A stretch of DNA of 22,657 bases from Ginkgo biloba. Taxonomy: Eukaryota; Plantae; Ginkgophyta. Positions 22,427 to 22,657 of the stretch are shown here, piece by piece; position 1 is the stretch's first letter; every line of letters starts with the position of its first letter. The position numbers were made by a program, and so were the translations under genes. Where the stretch lies: assembly GCA_024626585.2 (NCBI GenBank), contig JANKJI020000002.1, positions 217,728,394 to 217,751,050 on the forward strand, written 5' to 3'. The notes beneath the pieces were generated by a model, which was given only the letters and a program-made list of their open reading frames with translations, was not told the origin of the DNA and did no database searches.

Positions 22427-22657
22427 CTAGCAGGACATCTCATTTTAGCATAAAGAAACAACCATTTAAGCACAGTTCCACTGGTCTCATGAAACACCAA
22501 AGTTTCAGCAAGGTAGAAACGTGCAAAACATGTTTCACGATAATTGTCCAATGTCAGTGCAAAATGTCTTTGCAACAAATAACTTAAAACTCTCGAAATA
22601 AATGTGGCGATAATCATTTAATATACTTATTTTGTACAACATATAATGTTATTTTCT

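Larger units (their letters stand above)
18198..22657 (+). other. Probable intronic sequence of the Nudix gene
   Basis: There is a GT donor at 18198. No (G)EVSLPGGK, Nudix-box or IWGLTA coding was found in 19012-22657. Further exons are either in the N gaps (18202-19011, 20149-20248) or beyond the window. Confidence 0.55.

Noticed and set aside
22030-22617. hAT transposase fragments (NIEKGQIE on +, ETCFA on -)
   Set aside because: These are isolated short resemblances on opposite strands, with no DGW motif, dimerisation domain or TIRs.

Overview
This is eukaryotic land-plant nuclear DNA with many N gaps. The repeat load, element styles and long intron suggest a large gymnosperm-type genome, which is an inference. 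It is mostly a layered retrotransposon graveyard. On the minus strand lie a very old Ty3/Gypsy protease relic (~830-1295) and a near full-length decayed L1-clade LINE (~2160-7269). The LINE has ORF1 with DUF4283 and a zinc knuckle, ORF2 with endonuclease and RT, an ATGA overlap and a probable poly(A) tail. Then come two diverged copies of an apparently non-autonomous LTR element (~11.1-17.1 kb) separated by a younger CpG-rich LTR-like block. The one clear host gene is exon 1 of a NUDT15/NUDT22-type Nudix CoA pyrophosphatase (17837-18197, +), with a mitochondrial-like presequence, alternative in-frame ATGs and two candidate uORFs. Its downstream, probably intronic, sequence holds a candidate solo LTR, a 193/217-bp tandem duplication and a possible antisense TIR-domain relic. 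I see no prokaryotic system, RNA gene or CRISPR array, and nothing I can honestly call a new biological system. The best leads are the uORF/alternative-start arrangement, the pol-less LTR family with its TTCGWCGAA hairpin arrays, and the TIR relic. All family assignments come from motif recognition by eye, not database searches.
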